64,000 nt of DNA from Candidatus Magasanikbacteria bacterium RIFCSPHIGHO2_02_FULL_48_18 (lineage in GTDB: Bacteria; Patescibacteriota; Patescibacteriia; Magasanikbacterales; UBA922), in contig MFQC01000003.1 of the NCBI GenBank assembly GCA_001784285.1, positions 221,517-285,516 on the forward strand, read 5' to 3'. The position numbers were made by a program, and so were the translations under genes. Under the pieces are notes generated by a model that ran no database searches, had not been told where the DNA came from, and saw nothing but the letters and a program-made list of their open reading frames with translations. Below are positions 1 through 9,075 of the stretch, piece after piece (within the stretch, counting starts at the first letter, position 1; every line of letters begins with the position of its first letter).

Positions 1-94
1 AAAACACGTCATACGCCACGGCCATGGCAAGCGCAAAGCCAAGAAAACCAAGACGCACATATCGCAGTTTGTTATCAGTAAGAAGTGAGCTCAT
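1..94 (-). CDS. 5' fragment of a membrane protein gene running off the window start (MSSLLTDNKLRYVRLGFLGFALAMAVAYDVF...)
   Basis: ATG at 94 on minus strand, open to position 1. Hydrophobic N-terminus. Not in ORF track because it is truncated. Confidence 0.3.
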   Translation of the reverse strand, partial: MSSLLTDNKLRYVRLGFLGFALAMAVAYDVF

Positions 95-103
95 AGAACA
101 AAA

Positions 104-1237
104 TTAAATTATCTCTTGTATTTCTGAAATAACACCGCCCCCGAGACATCGCCCCTTCTGGTAAAAAACCGCAAACTGACCCGGAGTGACCGCGCGCTGA
201 GGCAACGCGCAAGAGACAAGAAACGTTCCATCATCTTCTCGTATGGTTGCTTTTTGCAGGGCCTGGCGATGACGAAGCCGTACCGTGCAGTATACGGGAA
301 ATGAAGGCGCCTGTCCAAAAATCCAATGCGGATCTGAAATGAGAATATCCCTGACATAAAGCAACGGATCGTCGGCAGAACCAAGGACAAGTTCATTGGT
401 CTTTGCCCGTTTTTGGACGACGTAAAGAGGATCTGTCTTATGATTGCCCCGAAGAAGAGAAGGCCGTCCCCACGCAATATGCGCATGCCGTTCGCCAATC
501 GTATAAAAACTCAAGCCATCATGCGTGCCGAGGCGCGTCCCGTCAGACGATACCACTTTTCCGGGTTTTTTTGGGATGCGCTTTTCCAAAAATGCTTTCA
601 TTGGCTTTTCACCCACAAAACAAATCCCCATGCTTTCCGGACGGTTCGCGGTCGGCAAATGGAAACGGCGCGCGAGCGCCCGAACCTGTTTTTTGGTATA
701 CCCGCCAATGGGAAAAAGAACGGATGAGAGCTGTTCTTGAGAAAGCTGATGGAGAAAATATGTCTGATCTTTGTTCTTATCTTTTGGTATCGCGAGATGA
801 AAAAACATTTTTCCTTTTTGCCGTGCCTCTTCAATCATGGCATAATGGCCGGTCGCAAGCGCGTCATACCCAAGCTCGCGCGCCTTTTTGAGCCAAATAC
901 CAAACTTGAGATATGTGTTGCATAACACGTCTGGATTTGGCGTTCTTCCGGCTGTGTATTCCGCAAAGAGATAACGCAAGACATGCGTTTCATATTCTTT
1001 GATAAAATCAAATCGAAACAAAGGAATCCCAAGCGTTGCGGCAACTCGAAGCGCGTCGCGGTAGTCATCTTTCCAGCATGATACCGCCGCCTCCCGACTG
1101 CTGTCAGTCCGGTCGTCATATTGAATCATAAAAGCGCCGGCGACGTCATGCCCGTCCCGAATCAACAATGCGGCGGCAACCGACGAATCAACGCCTCCGG
1201 ACATGGCAACGAGAATTTTTTTCCTTTTTCGTGGCAT
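104..1237 (-). CDS. mnmA: tRNA-specific 2-thiouridylase MnmA
   Basis: PP-loop motif SGGVDSS near N-terminus and overall MnmA-like sequence. ORF extends to 1291, but MPRKRKKILVAMSGGVDSS at 1237 is the likely start. Confidence 0.9.
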   Translation of the reverse strand: MPRKRKKILVAMSGGVDSSVAAALLIRDGHDVAGAFMIQYDDRTDSSREAAVSCWKDDYRDALRVAATLGIPLFRFDFIKEYETHVLRYLFAEYTAGRTPNPDVLCNTYLKFGIWLKKARELGYDALATGHYAMIEEARQKGKMFFHLAIPKDKNKDQTYFLHQLSQEQLSSVLFPIGGYTKKQVRALARRFHLPTANRPESMGICFVGEKPMKAFLEKRIPKKPGKVVSSDGTRLGTHDGLSFYTIGERHAHIAWGRPSLLRGNHKTDPLYVVQKRAKTNELVLGSADDPLLYVRDILISDPHWIFGQAPSFPVYCTVRLRHRQALQKATIREDDGTFLVSCALPQRAVTPGQFAVFYQKGRCLGGGVISEIQEII

Positions 1238-1365
1238 AGCATCTTTCGTCTGCGTGTCTTCCAATGTATAGAAAAACGCGCGTCCCGTCAATGAACTCCC
1301 CTGACGAAAAAAAACACATCCCGTGCCAAGAAGACACGGGATGTTGTTCTTTTTGATTCAGCCGC

Positions 1366-1674
1366 TTATCGTCCGCGACGGGTTTTATTGCATTCAAAGC
1401 AATAAATGGGCGCGTCACCTTTTGGCTGGAATGGCAGTTGAGAAATGTGGGTTCCACATTCCGCACACGTGACATCCACGTCAAACATTTGACGAGGAGG
1501 ACGTGGGCCGCCAAATCCGCCGCCGCGAGGTCTGTCGTTTCGGCGCTGTCGGAGACATTCGGTGCAATACACCGGACGATCGCCGCTTGGCTGGAATGGC
1601 AATTGAGTGATCTTGGTGTTGCATTGAGCGCAGTCCACATCAACATCAAACATTTGCCTATTGTCGTTGTCCAT
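1366..1674 (-). CDS. tandem zinc-ribbon protein (2 x CxxC-x17-CxxC) with RGG/Pro-rich linker
   Basis: Two near-identical 30-aa modules QMFDVDV(D/T)CA(Q/E)C(N/G)T(K/H)I(T/S)QLPFQP.GD.P(V/I)YC.EC separated by NDRPRGGGFGGPRPPR. The duplication is also visible at DNA level. Confidence 0.6.
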   Translation of the reverse strand: MDNDNRQMFDVDVDCAQCNTKITQLPFQPSGDRPVYCTECLRQRRNDRPRGGGFGGPRPPRQMFDVDVTCAECGTHISQLPFQPKGDAPIYCFECNKTRRGR

Positions 1675-1853
1675 ACTGTTTGTTCGAAAAACGTTAGTTA
1701 ATTAACCGACCTTTTTCCCTTTGTGGGGAAGTACACAGACTGATGCTGTATACCTGGCCGGCAAGCGTGAGCTCGTGTATGGACAGGTTCACTGTTTTTG
1801 CAAACGTGGCACCGTTGTGTTTGACGCCAGTATAGCATAAAGGAGAAACACCG

Positions 1854-2255
1854 TCAAGTCTGTTCCCGTTTGGTATATGTGCGATCATATTCAAACCCGG
1901 CGGCCGTCGTTAAAACCAGCATTTCGAGAAGACCAACATACAATCTCCAATCACCGAAAAATTCGGCGTAGGAGTGGACAAACAACGGAACGGTGATGAG
2001 CGAATCCAAGAGACTCCCGACAATAATGGCCACAATGCCAAGCATGATTCCTTTCTGAATACTCGGAGGATCCTGTTTGAAATACCATTTCGCGGTGAGA
2101 AACACCACGGGAATTTCTGCAAGCCACCAGCCAAAGTATATCCTCGTTTCGTTATCTTTGAGTCCCGGGAGAAACATGAGGATAGAAATCACAACAAAAA
2201 TAAAAACCCATAACAAAATACCAAAACCGATTGCCCGTTTCAAGTTTATGGTCAT
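1854..2255 (-). CDS. hypothetical integral membrane protein (4 predicted TM helices)
   Basis: 133-aa ORF with hydrophobic segments. No recognisable motif. Confidence 0.45.
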   Translation of the reverse strand: MTINLKRAIGFGILLWVFIFVVISILMFLPGLKDNETRIYFGWWLAEIPVVFLTAKWYFKQDPPSIQKGIMLGIVAIIVGSLLDSLITVPLFVHSYAEFFGDWRLYVGLLEMLVLTTAAGFEYDRTYTKREQT

Positions 2256-2358
2256 AGTTGTCTAAGTTAAAACTAAGTTTGCTAAGTTGTCTCAGTTTGC
2301 TAAGTTGTCCCGGTTAATTTGGTTAACTAAGAAAACTGAACCAACTGAGCGAACCAAG

Positions 2359-3045
2359 CTAACCCAGCAACATCTCTTTTGTAATCTCAAAAAGACTGTT
2401 GACTTCAATATCCGCCTTCGACAAATCTTGTTTCGCCATTGCATTGCTTCCGGAATAATGAACGCCAATACAGCGCATCCCGGCGGCTTTTGCGGCGATA
2501 ACTCCCTTAGCCGCGTCTTCCAAAACGACGCAATGTTCTTCCGGCAGAGCAAGCTGTTGCGCCGTCACCAAAAACGTTTCCGGATCTGGTTTGCCTCGAT
2601 GTAGATTTTCTCCAGACACAACCACATCAAAATATGACTCAAGGCCCAACTGGAGGAGACACAGAGTAATATACTCGAAAGACCCGGAAGAAGCAACGGC
2701 CTTTTTCAATCGTAAATCAAGGACCAGTTCGGTTATTTCTCGGACACCCGGCATGGATTTCCCGTGGCGCTTCACCAAATCAACAAAAAGACGCTGGCGT
2801 TCTCTATACATGTCACCAAAAAATTCTTGAGGAATATGATGGATGGTCATAAGGTCTTTGATCATGTCGCTCACTCGCATCCCCATATATTGTGGATCTG
2901 CATCGTCTCGCAAAAACGGGCCGCTCACATACCGCTCCAAAACCAAACGCGTGGCTTCTGTATGACAAGATACATTATCCACCAACACTTCATCCAAATC
3001 AAAAATAATGGCATCTGTCTGTGTCATATCGTTTATACTACTCAT
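2359..3045 (-). CDS. HAD-superfamily hydrolase (beta-phosphoglucomutase-like phosphatase)
   Basis: N-terminal DxD motif IIFDLDEVLVDN and HAD-IA like C-terminus (GDxxxD). ATG at 3045 overlaps the upstream stop (ATGA) at 3042-3045. Confidence 0.8.
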   Translation of the reverse strand: MSSINDMTQTDAIIFDLDEVLVDNVSCHTEATRLVLERYVSGPFLRDDADPQYMGMRVSDMIKDLMTIHHIPQEFFGDMYRERQRLFVDLVKRHGKSMPGVREITELVLDLRLKKAVASSGSFEYITLCLLQLGLESYFDVVVSGENLHRGKPDPETFLVTAQQLALPEEHCVVLEDAAKGVIAAKAAGMRCIGVHYSGSNAMAKQDLSKADIEVNSLFEITKEMLLG

Positions 3046-4007
3046 ACGCGTCGCAAGGTGGTTATCGGACGGCTTTGCGTAATAAAAAATTTTCCGTTTG
3101 CGTATGCCCATTCAATATCGCATGGAAATCCATAGTGGCATTCTACGGCTTTGCAGAGAGCGGCCAGCTCCAAAATATGGCTCGTATCCATTTTTTGTTT
3201 TTGCCCTTCTTCGCCAAGAGACACCCATATATTTTGCGCTGAGTGCTCTGTTTCAACAGCAGACGCTCGGACCAATTTTTTTGTTTGATGCCCAACACAC
3301 GTCTCTTCAATCGTCATCGCATCTTTCGCAATCACATAGCTATCGGGCGTGACATAGCCCCCGACAATGGCTTCGCCCAAGCCAAACGCGGCTTCGATAA
3401 TCATATGATTTGGATTTTCCGTCACCGGATGGACCGTAAAGGCCACCCCGGATAGTTCGGACTGAACCATTGTCTGGACGACCACCGCCACTGAAACATC
3501 GTGATCAATCAAATTTTTTTCATGGCGATAAAAAATTGCTCTTGCGGTAAACAAAGAAGACCAGCATTGTTTGATACGAGGCACTATATATTCTCTCGTG
3601 GTGTTGAGATATGTTTCGAGCTCCCCTGCCCAACTGGCGACATCAGAATCTTCCGCAGTCGCGCTCGATCGAACGGCAACGAATGGCGAGTGTAATTGAT
3701 CAAATGCGTGATAGATCTCCTCTATAATCTCAGCCGGAAAAGGAGTGTCATGAATCACATCGCGCAATATAGCGCTGGATCGTTCAATGGAGTTAATATC
3801 CTCCGGATGCGTTTCAGCGAGCCGCGCCGCAATTTCTTGTTTGATCTGTGTTGCCGCTATAAACGAATCAAAGGCGGATGACGGAATAACAAAACCCGGC
3901 GGAACCGGAATGCCTGCCTGCGTCAATTCTCCAAGCGATGCGCCCTTGCCGCCGGCAATCGCAACATCCTTTTTTGTGAGTTGTGAAAACCAAAGAATGG
4001 CGCTCAT
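3042..4007 (-). CDS. stand-alone PEP synthase / PPDK N-terminal nucleotide-binding domain protein (PPDK_N, ATP-grasp-like)
   Basis: GGKGASLGEL, AVRSSATAEDSDVASWAGELETYLN and C-terminal CDIEWA motifs typical of PPDK_N. No swivel or TIM-barrel domain follows (321 aa only). Confidence 0.85.
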   Translation of the reverse strand: MSAILWFSQLTKKDVAIAGGKGASLGELTQAGIPVPPGFVIPSSAFDSFIAATQIKQEIAARLAETHPEDINSIERSSAILRDVIHDTPFPAEIIEEIYHAFDQLHSPFVAVRSSATAEDSDVASWAGELETYLNTTREYIVPRIKQCWSSLFTARAIFYRHEKNLIDHDVSVAVVVQTMVQSELSGVAFTVHPVTENPNHMIIEAAFGLGEAIVGGYVTPDSYVIAKDAMTIEETCVGHQTKKLVRASAVETEHSAQNIWVSLGEEGQKQKMDTSHILELAALCKAVECHYGFPCDIEWAYANGKFFITQSRPITTLRRV

Positions 4008-4198
4008 GAGGCATGCGTGACAGAACGAATAAATCCAACCGTATCAAGTTTGAATTTCTTTTCGAGAATTGCTTCAAGCGCTGTGAGAAAATCATGATTG
4101 TCGCAATGTTCAAGCGCCAATTGCATGAGTTCTTTTCTTTTTTCCACCGGAATTGTTTCAAGAGAAAAAAGAAGGGAAAAAATATGCTGTATCACCAT
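4004..4198 (-). CDS. small hypothetical protein (64 aa) translationally coupled to PPDK_N gene
   Basis: Stop TGA overlaps downstream ATG (ATGA at 4004-4007). Alpha-helical-looking sequence. Sits inside the operon. Confidence 0.4.
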   Translation of the reverse strand: MVIQHIFSLLFSLETIPVEKRKELMQLALEHCDNHDFLTALEAILEKKFKLDTVGFIRSVTHAS

Positions 4199-4216
4199 AT
4201 CATGCGACGAAAAAAA

Positions 4217-5323
4217 TTAAATTTTGGTCCGTTTATTTGCAAGCCATTCAAAGGTTGGACCAAAAAATTCACGCCCAAGCGTGGGATACGCTCTTTGCGG
4301 ATCAATAAGAGCACGCACATCCTCAACCGTCATCCCTGCTTTTTTGCCAAGCTCCCAAAGACGGCTGGCATAATCAACCAGGGCACGCTGACCGGAGGAA
4401 AGATTGCCGGACACCTGAACAATTTCCCCTCCAAAATTCACCGTAAAATCTTTCCCCGGCTCCCGCGTGGGATAATCGGTTCCAACCGGAATTTCCGGAT
4501 GGTGTTGCGTAGAAAATGCCTGATCTTTCCCTTCAAATGCGTCCCGGTACGACAGCGCGGCCCATAGACCGGTCGTCGGGCTTTCCGTTAAGACCGCGAC
4601 ACCGCTTATGCCTTCTTTTTGGGGCACCGCAACCGTATTATAGGCCTGAGCGCCAAAGGTATCCCCGAGCCGAGAATACACCGGATGACTCTGCCCGGCG
4701 GCTGTGGGAGTTTCAATCTGCGACCCGGCATTGATAATGCCCGGGATCATTGGCGCGCCGGCTATATGCGCGAGATCCTGATGGCCAAGGCAGACACCCA
4801 CCATAGGCGTTTTTTCACGCAACGCCGCTTCCAGTTCCCGAAGAAGCGGTGTCCGCGATGGGTCGCTTGGATATCCCGGCCCACCGCCGATGCAAACGCC
4901 AATACGATTTTGCAACAAACGATGCATTTTTTCTTGATCTTCAAGAGTAATCGTCCCATCTATACTGACATGGATAACATTTTCCGCAAATCGAGGATCA
5001 ATTTGTACGATTCTTCCTTCGACTTGATAATATATTTCCTCAATATGAGGACGAAACTGTTCTGGCGTGGCGTCGCGGACCCAGCCTGCCGTGAATGGAG
5101 AGGTGACAATGTGAAGTATAGGATCAAAACCATCCACTCGAATGAGCCGCTCCATGGTTTCTGCCGCTTTGTCTGCCTCTTCATCCGTATAGGGCCGGAC
5201 ATCCCGATTGACGCCGAGGTACTCCGCGACATTGGTGATAATTCGCCGCTCTTCGGGAGGCAGGTTCATGCCCTCCAAAAATTCCGGCGTGCGAAATGAT
5301 GTTCCTATTTCTCGTGAATTCAT
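4217..5323 (-). CDS. class I glutamine amidotransferase-like protein (peptidase C26 / gamma-glutamyl hydrolase-like)
   Basis: Nucleophile elbow GVCLGHQ and overall GATase1 topology, with a long N-terminal extension. Confidence 0.7.
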   Translation of the reverse strand: MNSREIGTSFRTPEFLEGMNLPPEERRIITNVAEYLGVNRDVRPYTDEEADKAAETMERLIRVDGFDPILHIVTSPFTAGWVRDATPEQFRPHIEEIYYQVEGRIVQIDPRFAENVIHVSIDGTITLEDQEKMHRLLQNRIGVCIGGGPGYPSDPSRTPLLRELEAALREKTPMVGVCLGHQDLAHIAGAPMIPGIINAGSQIETPTAAGQSHPVYSRLGDTFGAQAYNTVAVPQKEGISGVAVLTESPTTGLWAALSYRDAFEGKDQAFSTQHHPEIPVGTDYPTREPGKDFTVNFGGEIVQVSGNLSSGQRALVDYASRLWELGKKAGMTVEDVRALIDPQRAYPTLGREFFGPTFEWLANKRTKI

Positions 5324-5333
5324 AAAAACGCAA

Positions 5334-6740
5334 TTATTGTTTCTTCACCTGTCCCACAATTTGAAAACATCCATCCTGCATAAGATTGGTCACCAGATTG
5401 TGAGATGACCGAGCCATGGCGCCGACATATCTTCCTTGAATCATGTACGGCCCAAAATCGTGATTGATATATTTTAAGGAAACCTTGTTGTCCTCAACAA
5501 ACGGCTCCGCATGCTGGGGAATCGTTATATATTCCTGCACAATCCACCCGCCGTCTTTGACGCCCCGCGCAATAACTTTTTTCCATTGCGGTTTTGTCAT
5601 TTTTTTGCCAATGCATATATTTGCGCCATAGGTGCCGATGGATGGCTTGATCAAAAGATGTTTTTGTTCTTTGATGAGATAATCAACCAGCTCAACCGTG
5701 TCTCCCATCACGTTCGTTGTTTTTCTCTTTTCAATAATTCTGGTCCACGGACACATATTTCCCAAAATCTGTTTTTGTTTTTCCGTAAGATACGATGAAA
5801 ATCGTTCGTCCGTGAAAAATGCAAAGAGCGCTTTGTGCGCGAATACTGAAGAACTCAGCGGATTGACAATACAGACCGCGCCATCATAAAACGCGCGAAG
5901 AATATCCTGGTAAAGAGGCGTGGTGTCTTCCAAAAGATGGCTCAAATCAAACCATCGCAAAACCAAATCATACGCTGTTCCATGATACCATACTTTTTTG
6001 TCTCGGTAATGGACCTGCTGGACGTCTCCGACAAAAGCATGGCTCCCAAATTTTTGAAATTCCTGGCACAAAAAATCCGAATCCTGATTGTACTGCCCGC
6101 TCCATCGAAGAATCAAGATATTCGGATGCGACGCAGTTCCTCCCCACTGTTTGTATGAATCAAGGAGCGCCCGATACATCTTTTTGGCCCATGTACTATA
6201 GTAGCGTATGTGATATTTTTTTTGAAATGATGCCCAAAAGGGAAACCGTTCAAGGACATCAGTCAAATCTTCAACCCAGCCGGGCGTTGCCGCGCAATTG
6301 GTGTTGAGTTCGTAGACGCGCAACCCATGTTCCGGAGTAATCACGCTGTCAAAACGCGCAAAAATTACCGGATGAGGAAAGGGTGTCGGCGCGCGCAATA
6401 ACTGGACCTCTGTTGTGGTAAGATGAAAATAGGTCTGGACGGCTTTTGACGAAGAAAGGACCTTTTGGAGGGTGGGAAGGACATCAAAAAATGTTTCCGT
6501 CCGCTCTCTGACGTGCCGCTCTATCCGCGGCGTGACAAACCGAGGCTTGATGCCGCCCGCAATAAGGCGGCCATTAAAAAATTTACCGTCCTCAAGCATT
6601 TTGTACCCGTGAAATGCCAGATAATGCGGCAATGTTTTTTTCGTCGCGGCAACATGTTTCTTGAACTCGGCAATATAGTCTTGATCAACCTTGTCAAGAA
6701 ATGCGAATTCTTCTTTTGGGATGATGAGGGTCTGTTTCAT
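5334..6740 (-). CDS. glutathionylspermidine-synthase-like / circularly permuted ATP-grasp family carboxylate-amine ligase (putative)
   Basis: 468 aa. Resembles the GspS/CP-ATP-grasp (DUF407-like) fold by eye (LIKPS.G..G, VQEYI patterns). Not verified. Confidence 0.5.
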   Translation of the reverse strand: MKQTLIIPKEEFAFLDKVDQDYIAEFKKHVAATKKTLPHYLAFHGYKMLEDGKFFNGRLIAGGIKPRFVTPRIERHVRERTETFFDVLPTLQKVLSSSKAVQTYFHLTTTEVQLLRAPTPFPHPVIFARFDSVITPEHGLRVYELNTNCAATPGWVEDLTDVLERFPFWASFQKKYHIRYYSTWAKKMYRALLDSYKQWGGTASHPNILILRWSGQYNQDSDFLCQEFQKFGSHAFVGDVQQVHYRDKKVWYHGTAYDLVLRWFDLSHLLEDTTPLYQDILRAFYDGAVCIVNPLSSSVFAHKALFAFFTDERFSSYLTEKQKQILGNMCPWTRIIEKRKTTNVMGDTVELVDYLIKEQKHLLIKPSIGTYGANICIGKKMTKPQWKKVIARGVKDGGWIVQEYITIPQHAEPFVEDNKVSLKYINHDFGPYMIQGRYVGAMARSSHNLVTNLMQDGCFQIVGQVKKQ

Positions 6741-6749
6741 AAAAAATGA

Positions 6750-8249
6750 TTATAAGATCGTGACAATGCCGCGCGTGGCATCAACCTCGACACGCATCCC
6801 ATCCTTTAGGACATGCGTTGCCGTTGCCGTGCCAACCAAGCACGGAATACCCAACTCTCGACATATAATGGCCGCGTGGCAGTTGAGGCCTCCTTCATCG
6901 GTAATCACGGCGGCGGCTTTTTTCATTGCAGGCACATATTCCGGTTGCGTCATACATGCAACCAGGATATCGCCAACTTCCACATTGGCAATTTCTTTTT
7001 CTCCTCGACACACTTTTACTCGTCCGCATGCTTTTCCAAGGGATGCGCAATTTCCTTTCAATTGCTTTGAATTCGACACGGCAGAGGAGACAAATGAATC
7101 TTGGATATTTTTTCGCTGAAACAAATGGAACAGCTGTTTTGCTTCTTCCCCCGCAAAAAGATATTCCGAAGCATTCTGAAGAAGAACATATAAACTTCCG
7201 GTCCGGCGCTTCGCGAGTTCGTCTTTCATTGTGGAAAGATCTTCCAATTCTGAAATGCGCGTATACCGCGCGTCCTCGATCGGCACACCGGCTCGCTTCG
7301 CAATTTCCGCCAATAAAAAGTCAAGATAATGAACGGATATGGTGAGACACTCCTTTCTTCTGTCATGAATTTGGAATATAGTGTCCTGCATCCGCAACAA
7401 ATCAATCAGTTCGACATTGGATATTTTTTGAAGCAGTGCGCGTTTTTTTTCCAAATGCTCGGGCAGACGTTCATATTCTTGTATGGTTTTTCCAATATCT
7501 TCCGGATGAGTGCTATATCCTTCCAATTCTTTCGTAAAATCTTCTGTTGTGACATACTTCGCCGATGTATAACTATTCAGCTTCCAAAAATATTTTTGCT
7601 GATGACGGCGTATCTTTTCTTGTATAACGGAATCCAATAGCAATGATCCTGCTGTTATTGCCGAGATTTCTTTTTGTGTGGCAAGACGCAAAATACAGCA
7701 CAAATCGTATCGTTCGGTGGTGATAAAAGAATGACGCGATGGCATCGTAAGAAGCATCATCGTATCTGTATCGTCGCCATATTCCTGTGCAACCAAATTC
7801 CGAATACGGCCCTCTGTCACAAGCGTAAACCCCTCAATACAATGAGAAACAGAAAGAAGCCGCCCGCACAAGCGGTTTACCTCCCGCCACAGCGAATAGA
7901 CAATATCCGGTGAAAGAACGGCCCAATTTTCTGATCCAATTTTTTGATATGCGGCCAAAACTTCTGTGCAAATGCGTTCATTTTCTCTCTCTATATACGT
8001 AAGGTACCCGGCATCCTTTGTATATCTTTCCCACAATTCACGAAAGATGCGTTCAAGGTCATCCCATGCGTACAAATAATAGGCTTTTTCCTGTTCAAAG
8101 AAAATAACTGATGCCGTATAACCATACCCCAAAAAAGCCGGCATGTCGCGAACCATCGAAAATGCAGGGCCATAGAGAAGAGCCGGAACGGCATTAAACC
8201 CTTGAAAATACCATTCCTTTTTTGTGAGGTCGGCAAAAAATGATTCCAT
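6750..8249 (-). CDS. PEP-utilizing enzyme mobile (phosphohistidine swivel) domain protein with ~380-aa uncharacterised N-terminal domain
   Basis: C-terminal GDILVACMTQPEYVPAMKKAAAVITDEGGLNCHAAIICRELGIPCLVG is a canonical PEP-utilizers swivel domain with catalytic His. It is paralogous to 61984-63396 and 63393-63986. Confidence 0.8.
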   Translation of the reverse strand: MESFFADLTKKEWYFQGFNAVPALLYGPAFSMVRDMPAFLGYGYTASVIFFEQEKAYYLYAWDDLERIFRELWERYTKDAGYLTYIERENERICTEVLAAYQKIGSENWAVLSPDIVYSLWREVNRLCGRLLSVSHCIEGFTLVTEGRIRNLVAQEYGDDTDTMMLLTMPSRHSFITTERYDLCCILRLATQKEISAITAGSLLLDSVIQEKIRRHQQKYFWKLNSYTSAKYVTTEDFTKELEGYSTHPEDIGKTIQEYERLPEHLEKKRALLQKISNVELIDLLRMQDTIFQIHDRRKECLTISVHYLDFLLAEIAKRAGVPIEDARYTRISELEDLSTMKDELAKRRTGSLYVLLQNASEYLFAGEEAKQLFHLFQRKNIQDSFVSSAVSNSKQLKGNCASLGKACGRVKVCRGEKEIANVEVGDILVACMTQPEYVPAMKKAAAVITDEGGLNCHAAIICRELGIPCLVGTATATHVLKDGMRVEVDATRGIVTIL

Positions 8250-8253
8250 AGTG

Positions 8254-9072
8254 CTATCCCTTGCCCCCCTCTTGTTCCCCCCATACTCTCCCCGCTTCTT
8301 GAATCAAATCTTCGGCATTAAAAAAGGTCCCCACACGCTGATGCAGTCGGTCGCCGGCAAAACCATTGAGGTACGTGCCGGCGAGAGCAGAAACAAGCGT
8401 CTCATTTACGGTGTACAGTCCCGCAATAAGCCCAACAAGCACATCCCCGGTTCCCCCTTTGGTCATACCCACATTGCCGGTGGTGTTGGCAAAGAGCACT
8501 GCTCCATCGCTAATATAGTCCGTGGCGCCGGTCAAAACGATGGTGCAGGCGTATTGTTGTGCCATTTTTTGGACATTTTCTTTCGTGGCGTCGCAATGAA
8601 ATACATTTTCAAACTCGCGAGAATGCGGCGTGAGAATGCAGTTTTTATGGAGATATCCGGGTTCTACATGCCACAAGGCCGTTGCATCCACAATGATTTT
8701 TTTGTTTGGATATTTTTCCAAAATGTCGTGAACCAACGCAATCGTTTGCTCATCTTCCGGCAACCCCGGACCCATGGCAATCACGTCAACGAGTTCAATA
8801 ACTTCCCATAATTTTTTTGCTGAAACCGCAATAAACGTCGCAATGTTTTGACGAAGTTTTTGTATAAGTTTAAGATTTTCTTTTGTGGAGTGGACATACA
8901 CCATGTCAACCAGTCGAGACGCGGCCTCTACCGTGAGGACAAGGGCACCATGAAAGGTATCCGAACCGGCAATGATAAGCAGGCGCCCATTTTGCCCTTT
9001 ATGGCTCATCGGAAGAGGCCGTGCGATACGTTCCAATATGGTGTGATCAAGGATATTCATACGCAAAAACAC
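8254..9072 (-). CDS. nnrD: ADP-dependent (S)-NAD(P)H-hydrate dehydratase (YjeF C-terminal domain)
   Basis: KGQNGRLLIIAGS...HGA and GGTGDVLVGLIAGL signature motifs. Confidence 0.85.
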   Translation of the reverse strand: MFLRMNILDHTILERIARPLPMSHKGQNGRLLIIAGSDTFHGALVLTVEAASRLVDMVYVHSTKENLKLIQKLRQNIATFIAVSAKKLWEVIELVDVIAMGPGLPEDEQTIALVHDILEKYPNKKIIVDATALWHVEPGYLHKNCILTPHSREFENVFHCDATKENVQKMAQQYACTIVLTGATDYISDGAVLFANTTGNVGMTKGGTGDVLVGLIAGLYTVNETLVSALAGTYLNGFAGDRLHQRVGTFFNAEDLIQEAGRVWGEQEGGKG

Positions 9073-9075
9073 CCC

